Shown here: positions 20,718-28,744 of the stretch, piece after piece
How positions within the stretch are numbered: the stretch's first letter is position 1
Layout of the letters: every line of letters starts with the position of its first letter
Origin: Candidatus Bathyarchaeota archaeon
GTDB taxonomy: Archaea > Thermoproteota > Bathyarchaeia > TCS64
Assembly: GCA_043826455.1 (NCBI GenBank)
Contig: JBDRQD010000036.1
Coordinates: 24,795-88,794 of the forward strand
Length of the DNA: 64,000 bases
Direction of reading: 5' to 3'
The notes under the pieces: generated by a model
The model's database searches: none
Seen by the model: only the letters and a program-made list of their open reading frames with translations
Told to the model about the DNA's origin: nothing
Translations under genes and position numbers: made by a program

Positions 20718-21112
20718 TCCTCAGAGGCAGGAAGGTCATGGGAGGCGTAGCCGAGGCCGAGGCCCTGGTGAGCCCTGAGCCCGTGAGCTTCTACGGCGGC
20801 GTGGACCCCGTCACCGGGTGCATCACAGAGCCAGGCCACTGCTGCTGCGGCGAGAACATCACCGGCAAGGTCTTCGTGTTCCCCCAGGGCAAGGGCAGCA
20901 CCGTTGGCAGCTACGTCATATACCGGATGAAGAAGCTGGGCACGGCCCCCGCAGCCATAGTCAACGCCGAGACCGAGGCCATCATAGCCACAGGCTGCGT
21001 CATCAGCGACATACCCCTGGTGGACAAGCTGGACCGAGACCCGCTGCAAGTCATAGAGACAGGGATGAGGGTCCGCGTAGACGCAGATCAGGGCACAGTC
21101 GAGACCCTGTAA
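20714..21112 (+). CDS. Aconitase X swivel subunit (DUF126), likely phosphomevalonate dehydratase small subunit
   Basis: SFYGGVDP and KGSTVGSY motifs; ATGA overlap with the large subunit. Confidence 0.9.
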   Translation: MILRGRKVMGGVAEAEALVSPEPVSFYGGVDPVTGCITEPGHCCCGENITGKVFVFPQGKGSTVGSYVIYRMKKLGTAPAAIVNAETEAIIATGCVISDIPLVDKLDRDPLQVIETGMRVRVDADQGTVETL

Positions 21113-21212
21113 AAACGGGAATTCCCAGCCACTGGATCGCATAGGGGCATATCCCTAAGGGTACAGACCGGTGAGTCATAAATGATTTAATTGGTGAAGA
21201 GAACTTCATCAC

Positions 21213-22358
21213 ATGGCTGATTACAGGCGCAGACTCAGAGGCCTCCAAGCCAAGATGGAGGAGCGAGGCCTGGACCTCGTGGTCCTGGGGGCCGGCCCCG
21301 ACTTCCAGTACCTCACAGGCACAGACGTGGAGTGGAGACGAGGAAGAGACCTCACAAACCCGGCCGACTCAGTGTTCGTCCCAGCCGACGGCGACCCACT
21401 CATCCTGGCGGGCGCAGGCTCAGCGGGCAAGGCCAAGGGCGGCTGGATCGAGGACATCCGTGGCCTAGGCATGTTCGAGGACCATGCGCCGGCCGTCAAA
21501 CAGATAGTCAGCGAACTGGCCCCTGAGCCCGTGAAGGTGGGCCTAGGAGAGTACACCTGGGGCAGCCTGGTCCTGACCCTGGCCACCGCCTGCAAGGGAG
21601 CCAAGTTCAGCAGCGCCGAGGGCTTCATGGACGAGCTCCGCATGATAAAGGAGAAGGAGGAGATCGGTAGGCTCAGGAAGGCGGCCAAGCTCACAGAGAA
21701 CGTCATGGGCCGCATCATAGACCAGGTGGAGGCGGGGGATACCATGAGGGGCCTAGGCCTCAAGATAGAGATGATGGGCCGCATGATCGGGGCCAGCGAC
21801 GTCAGCTTCCCCAGCACCGCCGGCCTATGCAGGAGCGGGAGCGAGCCCACGGACGCCGTGTTCAACTACGGCCCCGAGGAGCCCCTGGAGCCTGGCAGCA
21901 GCATAGCTTTCGACGTGGGCTTCGTATTGGACGGGTATTGCAGCGACTGGGGCCGCAGCTTCTACTTGGGGGAGCCAGAGGAGCACGTATCCAAGGCCTA
22001 CGCCGCGCTGCAGATGGCGGTGGTGGAGACCCTGGACGCCGTAGGCGACGTGGTCCTCAAGACCAACGAGGTATTCCCCAGCATAGAGAGCGTCCTCGAC
22101 AGGGAGGGCTACGGCGACTACCTGAGGGCGCGGCTGCCCAACGGCATGGTGGGCCACCAGATAGGCGTCGAGGTCCACGAGGACCCCTGGCTTAAACCCG
22201 AGAACCGCGTAGAGCTGGTGGACGGCATGGTTTTCTGCGTCGAGCCCAAGCTATGGCACAGGGGAGAGTACTATCTCCGGGTGGAGGACATGGTCCTCAT
22301 CAAGAACGGTAAGGCTGAGAGCCTCACCACCTACGACCGTGAGAGGTTCACCCTCTAA
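21213..22358 (+). CDS. Xaa-Pro peptidase (M24)
   Basis: YCSD, GHQIGVEVHE, VEP and RVED motifs. Confidence 0.9.
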   Translation: MADYRRRLRGLQAKMEERGLDLVVLGAGPDFQYLTGTDVEWRRGRDLTNPADSVFVPADGDPLILAGAGSAGKAKGGWIEDIRGLGMFEDHAPAVKQIVSELAPEPVKVGLGEYTWGSLVLTLATACKGAKFSSAEGFMDELRMIKEKEEIGRLRKAAKLTENVMGRIIDQVEAGDTMRGLGLKIEMMGRMIGASDVSFPSTAGLCRSGSEPTDAVFNYGPEEPLEPGSSIAFDVGFVLDGYCSDWGRSFYLGEPEEHVSKAYAALQMAVVETLDAVGDVVLKTNEVFPSIESVLDREGYGDYLRARLPNGMVGHQIGVEVHEDPWLKPENRVELVDGMVFCVEPKLWHRGEYYLRVEDMVLIKNGKAESLTTYDRERFTL

Positions 22359-22428
22359 CTTTCCCTGAAGCTGGAGGGCTTATATTACCAGACCCCATAC
22401 ATGACTAGAGCAGCGCACGTGGCCTAGC

Positions 22429-23187
22429 ATGAGTAAGGGTTGCTTCATAGTATTCGAGGGCATAGACGGCTCAGGCAAGTCCGAGCAGTACCGCAGGCTC
22501 ACAAGGAACCTGGAGAAGAAGAAGTACCCCGTGGTCCAGACCAAGGAGCCCACGGTGGACCTCCCCGTCGGCAAACTCATACGCTCCATACTCTACCAGG
22601 AGCAGCAGGTGGCCGAGGAAGCCCTGGCCCTCCTCTTTGCCGCGGACCGCGTGGACCACACCGAGAAGAAGATCAAGCCGGCCCTTGAGCAGGGCAGCGT
22701 AGTGGTGTCGGACAGGTACGTCTACAGCAGCCTGGCCTACCAGAGCGGGGGCATGAAGAAGGAGCTGAGCCTCGAATGGGTTCGAGAAATAAACTCCCAC
22801 GCCCTCATGCCCGACATCGTAGTCTTCTTGGATATAACGCCGGAGGTGGGTCAGAGCAGGCTGGCCAACGGCCAGGTGAGGGTGAAGGACCACACCTACT
22901 TTGAGAGCCTGAGTCAGCAGGAGAGGATCAGGTCGGCCTACTACAAGGTCTTTAACTTCGGCAACGTGAGCCTCACCAAGTTCACAGGCGCCGAGAAAGG
23001 GGAGGACCGAGTGCTGTTAAGCAGAATCGAAGATACCGTCGTCCTGAGGGTGGACGGCACCCTGCCCGTGGAGGAGATCGAGAAGATCGTGCTGAAGCAC
23101 GTGTTGAAGGCTCTGAGGGAAAACTGTGTGAGGACGCGGGACAAGAAGATGGGGGTCACCAAGTCCCTCGAGCAGTTCACCGCGTGA
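22429..23187 (+). CDS. tmk: Thymidylate kinase
   Basis: FEGIDGSGKS, LFAADR and DRYVYSSLAYQ motifs. Confidence 0.95.
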   Translation: MSKGCFIVFEGIDGSGKSEQYRRLTRNLEKKKYPVVQTKEPTVDLPVGKLIRSILYQEQQVAEEALALLFAADRVDHTEKKIKPALEQGSVVVSDRYVYSSLAYQSGGMKKELSLEWVREINSHALMPDIVVFLDITPEVGQSRLANGQVRVKDHTYFESLSQQERIRSAYYKVFNFGNVSLTKFTGAEKGEDRVLLSRIEDTVVLRVDGTLPVEEIEKIVLKHVLKALRENCVRTRDKKMGVTKSLEQFTA

Positions 23188-23216
23188 GGGACTCATTCAG
23201 CCACCGGAACTATTTT

Positions 23217-23555
23217 TCAGGCTCCTAGCTTCTTGACCCTCTCGAGGGCGCCGAGCAGAGCCATGAGAGTGTCGGTGAGTTCCCTGATGGTGGTGTGGTC
23301 CCTCTCCCCCTCGATCATGGTCTGGACCTCTGTGATCTTTTTGCGGAGCGTAGCCTCCAGGCTGCCCTGCTGGGCCAGGGACTCCTGGGTCTCGTCCCCC
23401 TTAACCACCTTAACCGGCCTGTTGCAGCTGGGGCAAACTATCTCCCCTCCTTTCAACTTGAAAAGGGGAGTCCCGCACTCGGGGCAGGCCTCGCTCATCA
23501 TCCTGGCCCCCTTCCTGAGGAGCTCCCCCATCTCCTTCATACTGCCTTCCGACAT
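23217..23555 (-). CDS. UPF0148 / SSSCA1-like Zn-ribbon protein
   Basis: LLRKGARMMSEACPECGTPLF...CPSC. Confidence 0.85.
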   Translation of the reverse strand: MSEGSMKEMGELLRKGARMMSEACPECGTPLFKLKGGEIVCPSCNRPVKVVKGDETQESLAQQGSLEATLRKKITEVQTMIEGERDHTTIRELTDTLMALLGALERVKKLGA

Positions 23556-23611
23556 GTTTCACATGAGTGTGGGCTTCAAAACTTAAAGACTTGATCACAG
23601 TATTGCTCGCC

Positions 23612-24118
23612 ATGGCGCCCAGGTTCATCCACGGGTACGAGCTGGACCGGTTCCAGGATTACTACAGGGGCATCGCGGGGGAGCTGGGGGAAACCGAGTA
23701 CAAGCTGGTAACCGAGGACCCCGACCAGCTCATCGTCTGGCTCGACGGCGACGAAATAGTGGGCCACGCCATATGGCACCCATCCAACACGGCCGCCCAC
23801 CCTGGCGGCGAGCCCAGAGAGGATGAAGACAGGCGCATCCTGGAAGATGACCTAGGGGTGAAGGGAGACTTCGTGGAGCTCCACGAGGTGTGGCTCATGG
23901 AGACCAGCCGCGGCAGAGGCCACGGCTCAGCCTTCTTCGCCTACTTCGAGTCCATGGCCAAGAGCAGGGGCTTCAAGCGGATCGTCTACTACGCTGACCA
24001 CCCCGCGGCCCTGGCCATATGCAAGGACAGGGGCTACAGGGAGGCCTGGGGGGTGGAGCTAGACGGGATCAAGGGTCAGGGTGGAAGGTTCTACGTCCTG
24101 GCCAAGGAACTGATTTAA
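23612..24118 (+). CDS. GNAT family N-acetyltransferase
   Basis: RGRGHG acetyl-CoA binding motif. Confidence 0.75.
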   Translation: MAPRFIHGYELDRFQDYYRGIAGELGETEYKLVTEDPDQLIVWLDGDEIVGHAIWHPSNTAAHPGGEPREDEDRRILEDDLGVKGDFVELHEVWLMETSRGRGHGSAFFAYFESMAKSRGFKRIVYYADHPAALAICKDRGYREAWGVELDGIKGQGGRFYVLAKELI

Positions 24119-24136
24119 GGGGTTAAACATCAATCA

Positions 24137-24328
24137 ATGGTGATGCATCTCATCAGCCGCCTCAACCCTGTGATGGGGCTCATCATAGGGATCACCCTGG
24201 GGGGTGTCACTGGTCTATTGCTTGATAACTTCGCCCTGTGGCTGGTGATCGGCGCCTCCGTGGGGCTCCTCATGGGCCAATATTGCAGAAACAGGGTGAA
24301 GAAAAACAATAGAGAGGTTTCCGATTAA
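24137..24328 (+). CDS. Small two-TM membrane protein
   Basis: Gly-rich hydrophobic helices and a basic tail. Confidence 0.6.
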   Translation: MVMHLISRLNPVMGLIIGITLGGVTGLLLDNFALWLVIGASVGLLMGQYCRNRVKKNNREVSD

Positions 24329-24332
24329 CCGT

Positions 24333-24524
24333 GTTCTCTGGGGCTCCGAAGCCGAGGACGAGGAGAGACCTCATCGCTGTAAAAGCATGAGGAAGGAGAT
24401 GGCTTTTTCCGCCTTATCCCGTGCCGGCTGGGATAAGCCGTCCGCAGCCTCAGCCACGAAGGGGGAGGGGGTAGAGCAAGATGAACCGGAAACGGCCGCC
24501 TCGCGCCAAAAGGAGCCGCAGAAC
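24333..24524 (+). ncRNA. Candidate structured non-coding RNA or structured repeat, family unknown
   Basis: Closing stems GTTCT/AGAAC, GGCTCC/GGAGCC and CGAGG/CCTCG enclose hairpins CCTCAT..ATGAGG, CTTATCCC..GGGATAAG and CCG-GAAA-CGG. Confidence 0.35.
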
Positions 24525-24904
24525 CTGTCCGATGCGACACAATTCTACGCAGAAACGCCGTCCACTCCACACAAAAACACGGCACACTCAACACACAAGA
24601 CAGCGCAGCAGAGGCCCTCACACACAAAACCTCAACGGCGACGACGACCACCACCAACCTCCGCCACCACCAGAGAACCCCTAAAAAGCCTCTAAAACCG
24701 AAAACAAACCCGAAAACAGGGAAAAGTGGTGGCGGTGATGTGACCCCCCCTCCCCCCCACACGCACACACAAAGGATCAAACCAGACGAGGCCAACCACC
24801 GGCCACCAAACAGAAGAAGACAACCAACCCCCCCCAGAAACATGAACCACCCCACACCGGCAACTCCCTTTAAATGAGCCCGAACCCAAGTATCAGCGAG
24901 CACA

Positions 24905-25627
24905 TTGATCCAGCTGGAAGGACGCAACCCGGTTCAAGAAGCCCTCAAAGAAGGCATAGTCACCCTGATTCGGGTGGAGAAGGGAAAAGAAAACGACCCC
25001 AAACTCAAAGAGCTCCTAGACGACGCCAGGAAGAAGAAGGTACCCGTGGAAGCGGTGCCCAAACCCAAGCTAGACGCCATGAGCCACACAGGCCACCACC
25101 AAGGAATCATCGCCATAGCCCAGCCCAAGCCCAACTGGAGCCTAGAGAAGGTGCTGGAGGAGACCGGCCGCGACGTCTGCGTCATCGTCCTCGACCAGGT
25201 CCAGGACCCCCACAACCTGGGCGCCATCCTCAGGACAGCTGAGGCCGCAGGCGTGGACGGCGTCGTGATCCCCAAGAAGGAGACAGCCAGCCTAGGCCCC
25301 ACCGTCCACAGGGTGAGCATGGGCGGAAGCCTCCACGTACCCGTGTGGCAGCAGAGCCTCTACACGGCCCTGAAGACGTTATCCGGTGAAGGCGTGACCG
25401 TGATAGGGGTGGACGCCTCAGGAGCCACAGCCTACTACGAGGAGAACCTCACCGGCCCCGTGGCCTTCGTCATAGGAGGCGAGGACAGGGGGGCTAACCC
25501 CACCCTCACCGCCAAATGCGACAAGGTGGTGCGAATACCCATGAGAGGCCACCTCGAGTCCCTCAACGTGAGCGTGGCCACAGGAATAGTACTCTACGAG
25601 CGCCTCAGGCAGCAGGAAACAAAATAG
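24905..25627 (+). CDS. rlmB: 23S rRNA 2'-O-ribose methyltransferase (RlmB/TrmH SPOUT family)
   Basis: HQG, DPHNLGAILRTA, GGEDRG and ESLNVSVA motifs. Confidence 0.85.
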   Translation: MIQLEGRNPVQEALKEGIVTLIRVEKGKENDPKLKELLDDARKKKVPVEAVPKPKLDAMSHTGHHQGIIAIAQPKPNWSLEKVLEETGRDVCVIVLDQVQDPHNLGAILRTAEAAGVDGVVIPKKETASLGPTVHRVSMGGSLHVPVWQQSLYTALKTLSGEGVTVIGVDASGATAYYEENLTGPVAFVIGGEDRGANPTLTAKCDKVVRIPMRGHLESLNVSVATGIVLYERLRQQETK

Positions 25628-25637
25628 GGTAGGTTAG

Positions 25638-25940
25638 CTAACGCCTCAAGGCGTTGCTGACAACGAGGACGCCAATGGCTATGATTAGCAGAGGCCACAG
25701 GTTATCGAAGCTGGCCCACCAGAAGGTGTCCTCCAGCAGACTAGATAAGCCCAGCAGGATCAGGAAGGCACCTATGATGATGGGCCACGTAGTCCTGCCG
25801 CGGCCGCCGAAGCAGTCGTCCTCAGGGTCCCAGCTCCTCCTCCTGACCCTGTAGGCGGGGGGACTGAGGCTTGCTCCGCAGTTCTTACAGTTCTCGGCGT
25901 TTTCCTCGTTCTCGGTTCCGCACTTGGTGCAGTAAACCAT
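25638..25940 (-). CDS. Zinc-ribbon membrane protein (LiaF/DUF5668-like TM pair)
   Basis: CTKCG...CKNCG followed by two TM segments with WPLLII. Confidence 0.8.
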   Translation of the reverse strand: MVYCTKCGTENEENAENCKNCGASLSPPAYRVRRRSWDPEDDCFGGRGRTTWPIIIGAFLILLGLSSLLEDTFWWASFDNLWPLLIIAIGVLVVSNALRR

Positions 25941-25988
25941 TGTTCACACCTTATGACAGGATACGGGTCCCCTTATAGAAACATTACT

Positions 25989-27224
25989 CTAATTTTGGTT
26001 AAAGCCGTGACCACACCCGAGGCCGCACGACGCGCAAACCAGAACGTGCTCCTCCTGGCTCACCCTGATCCGGGAAGCCACCCAGAAAACCACCAGCCCC
26101 AGGTGGTAGGCCTCAACGTAGAAGCTGACCCCCATGGCGTTCAGGGACGCAGCGAGCATGAAAGACCCGCACACCAGGGCCACGTTGAGGGCTAGGTGAA
26201 GGTGGGGGCTGCCGAGGTCAACGAAGTGCTGGACCAGGCCCAGAGCAACCATGGAGGCCCCGAGCCAGAACGCTACCTCGGGGTCCAGCAGAAACACGCC
26301 GAAGAAAAAGTATAGAACCGAGCCCAGCACCGACAGGGCCGCGCCAAGGGCCAGGCCTGTGCAGCCTGCGCAGTACGGCCTCCCCCTGATCCACACCACG
26401 TGGTTGCTGAACTTTTCACAGTCCGGGTGGTGGCCCCTCATAAGGGAGTTAGACCCTGAGCCGTGTCCGAGCCCGCGCAGGCTGCTGGGGGACAAAGCCG
26501 CGACGAGTCCGAAGAGGCAGACAGCTATGAAGACGGCGCCCGTAAGGCGCATCTGCCCGGAGAAGAAGACCTGGGGTACGTCTATGAAGGCCAGCCTCGT
26601 GAGGATGATGAGCCCCGCCAGCGAGAGGCCGAGATAGAGCAGCTGGGCTCCTCTTCCCTCAACTGAAGACAGCAGCGACCTGTACAAGGCCCCTGGGCGG
26701 GGGACTAGGAAAGGCGTCCTCTCCCTGTAACGGAGGTACTCCTCGCCGAACCTTGCCACCAGGTTAGGCTCCTCCACCAGCTTAACTATCAACACGTTAG
26801 CCACCAGCACAAAGGGGCTGATAGACAACGCCATACCAGGCGACTGAAACATCACCCCCATGCCGAAGGGCAGCAGAGTATAGCCTATGATCATGGGGTT
26901 ACGGGTGTAGACGTAGACCCCGGACGTCACCAGCCTACTCGTCTTAGCCTCCGCCCTGGCCTCCCCCCAGGGTAGGCCACCCCCTAGGCTGTAGAGGAGC
27001 CTTGTGGACTTCAGGCCCAGCCAGAGCCCCCCCAGGAACACCCCCAGCCCCACGACCAGGTTCCATGGTAGCGGAGGGTACCTTGGTAGGCCCAGGTGGC
27101 TGTCCACGGCTCTTCCAATCAGGAAAGTCACCGAGGGCATGACGATGAAAATGGCCAGGTACGGGACGAGCTGGGCGGCTTTAACCTGTACGTGAACCCG
27201 TCTCTCGTCACCCAACCTTGTCAC
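25989..27224 (-). CDS. ICMT/PEMT-type membrane methyltransferase fused to a Cys/His-rich membrane domain
   Basis: LVTSGVY..TRNPM and EE..L..RFGEEY..Y...TP motifs; second half GHHPDC...H...YCAGC. Confidence 0.75.
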   Translation of the reverse strand: MTRLGDERRVHVQVKAAQLVPYLAIFIVMPSVTFLIGRAVDSHLGLPRYPPLPWNLVVGLGVFLGGLWLGLKSTRLLYSLGGGLPWGEARAEAKTSRLVTSGVYVYTRNPMIIGYTLLPFGMGVMFQSPGMALSISPFVLVANVLIVKLVEEPNLVARFGEEYLRYRERTPFLVPRPGALYRSLLSSVEGRGAQLLYLGLSLAGLIILTRLAFIDVPQVFFSGQMRLTGAVFIAVCLFGLVAALSPSSLRGLGHGSGSNSLMRGHHPDCEKFSNHVVWIRGRPYCAGCTGLALGAALSVLGSVLYFFFGVFLLDPEVAFWLGASMVALGLVQHFVDLGSPHLHLALNVALVCGSFMLAASLNAMGVSFYVEAYHLGLVVFWVASRIRVSQEEHVLVCASCGLGCGHGFNQN

Positions 27225-28651
27225 CCTATGAGGTTCTTGAGGCCCATCAGGAGCGCCTGCTTGGCCAGGTAGCCGTAGGTGCGGCGGGTTATGGGGTTGC
27301 CGCTGGTTATCCCCCGGTACCTGCGGGGCCAGGAGCCGAAGAAGCTCTCGTAGCAGTCGTATAGCTCCTGCTGGACCTCCGCCCGGGTCAGGTGCTCCGT
27401 GGGCATTACGGCGTGAACCATGTCGTAATTAGCCCAGTTTTGGTCCTCGATCCAGCCGCCCTGCACGGCCTCCTCGTACACCTCGGTCCCGGGGAAGGGC
27501 GTGAGGACGAAGAAGCTGGCTATGTCCGGGTCCAGCTCGTCGGCGTACCTCCGTACAGCCTCCACGCTCTCATGGCTGTCGCTCCTGTGGCCTATTATGA
27601 ATGTGCCCTGGCTGAAGACGCTGTTCTCCCTCAGCAGCTCCACGGCTCTCCTGCTACGAGGCTCAGTGACTCCGCTCCGCCTGTACGAGTCAAGTATCTC
27701 AACGCTAGGGTTGTCGAAGCCCACCAGCATCCACGTGGCCCCCGCCCTCCGCATCTTGGCCAGGACGTCGGGGTGCTCAACTATGTCGTCCACCCTGACC
27801 TGGCAGAACCACTCTATCTCGTCCCCAAGGCCCCTCTCCATGAGGCCGTCACAGATGGCCTCGGTCCGGGGCCCCATGCCGAAGTTGTCGTCGCTGAACC
27901 AGAAGAACCTGCTACCGTACTCCGTGTAGAGGTGCTCGAACTCGTCCACCACCCTCTGAGGGGACTTGGCCCTGTGGCTGCGCCTCCAGAACCTCCACTG
28001 GCTGCAGTAGCTGCAGTTGTGGCGGCACCCCCTCGAGCCCTCAACTATGGCGAAGGGCTTGCCCTCACCGCCCATCAACGAGAAGTAGTAATCCTTCATG
28101 TGGGGCGCGAGGTGATCGTAGGCGGGGTAGGGCAGCGTGTCCAGATCGCATATGAGGCTCCTGTCCCGGTTGTGGAGTATAGAGCCGCCACGTCTGTAGG
28201 AGACGCCGGCCACATCGCCCAGGTCGCCGTCCGAATCTAGGGCCCTCGCCAGCTCGGCGAGCGTGGCCTCTCCCTCCCCCCTAACAACAAAGTCCACCGA
28301 TTGGTAGCCGGCTAGAGTCTCCTGCGCCAGGGCTGTGAAGTGCTGCCCACCGAGAACCGAGCGTGAATCGGGGGCCACCTTCTTCGCCAACTCAGCTACC
28401 CTGACGGCGTAGTAGGCGTTAGCCGTAGCCATCCCAGATGGGGCCACCAAGTCAGGCGCGTACTCCTCCACCCTACTCTCGAGGCCGTCCCAGTCCAGGC
28501 CCTCCGCCTGGGAGTCCACCACCTCCACCTCGGCCCCTGGGCAAGCCTTCTCCAGGTACCCGGCCAGGCAGAGCAGGCCGAAGGGGGGCGGGACATACTC
28601 TCCCATTATGAACCAAAAGTCCTTAGGGGGCTCAACGAACATCACACGCAT
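27221..28651 (-). CDS. Cobalamin-binding radical SAM enzyme (class B)
   Basis: N-terminal B12 domain (GGQH, GEGE) and SRGCRHNCSYC. Confidence 0.92.
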   Translation of the reverse strand: MRVMFVEPPKDFWFIMGEYVPPPFGLLCLAGYLEKACPGAEVEVVDSQAEGLDWDGLESRVEEYAPDLVAPSGMATANAYYAVRVAELAKKVAPDSRSVLGGQHFTALAQETLAGYQSVDFVVRGEGEATLAELARALDSDGDLGDVAGVSYRRGGSILHNRDRSLICDLDTLPYPAYDHLAPHMKDYYFSLMGGEGKPFAIVEGSRGCRHNCSYCSQWRFWRRSHRAKSPQRVVDEFEHLYTEYGSRFFWFSDDNFGMGPRTEAICDGLMERGLGDEIEWFCQVRVDDIVEHPDVLAKMRRAGATWMLVGFDNPSVEILDSYRRSGVTEPRSRRAVELLRENSVFSQGTFIIGHRSDSHESVEAVRRYADELDPDIASFFVLTPFPGTEVYEEAVQGGWIEDQNWANYDMVHAVMPTEHLTRAEVQQELYDCYESFFGSWPRRYRGITSGNPITRRTYGYLAKQALLMGLKNLIG

Positions 28652-28744
28652 GGCGGCAGCGCCTCAGAGGCAAGCATCCTTTATTCATGTTTCATGAAAC
28701 TTTAAAATGGCTGGTGGAAGCATGAAGAATGGAGGGCGTACACC

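Noticed and set aside
24395..24445. Fluoride riboswitch (GGAGATGGC start)
   Set aside because: It lacks the downstream conserved UGAUG/CUAC segment and there is no fluoride-related gene downstream.
24369..24560. RNase P RNA
   Set aside because: The conserved-region-like words are not collinear, and no CR-V partner for the P4 helix is visible. Kept only as an unknown structured element.
24325..24927. Minus-strand 200-aa ORF and overlapping short ORFs
   Set aside because: Low-complexity products of the A/C-skewed tract.
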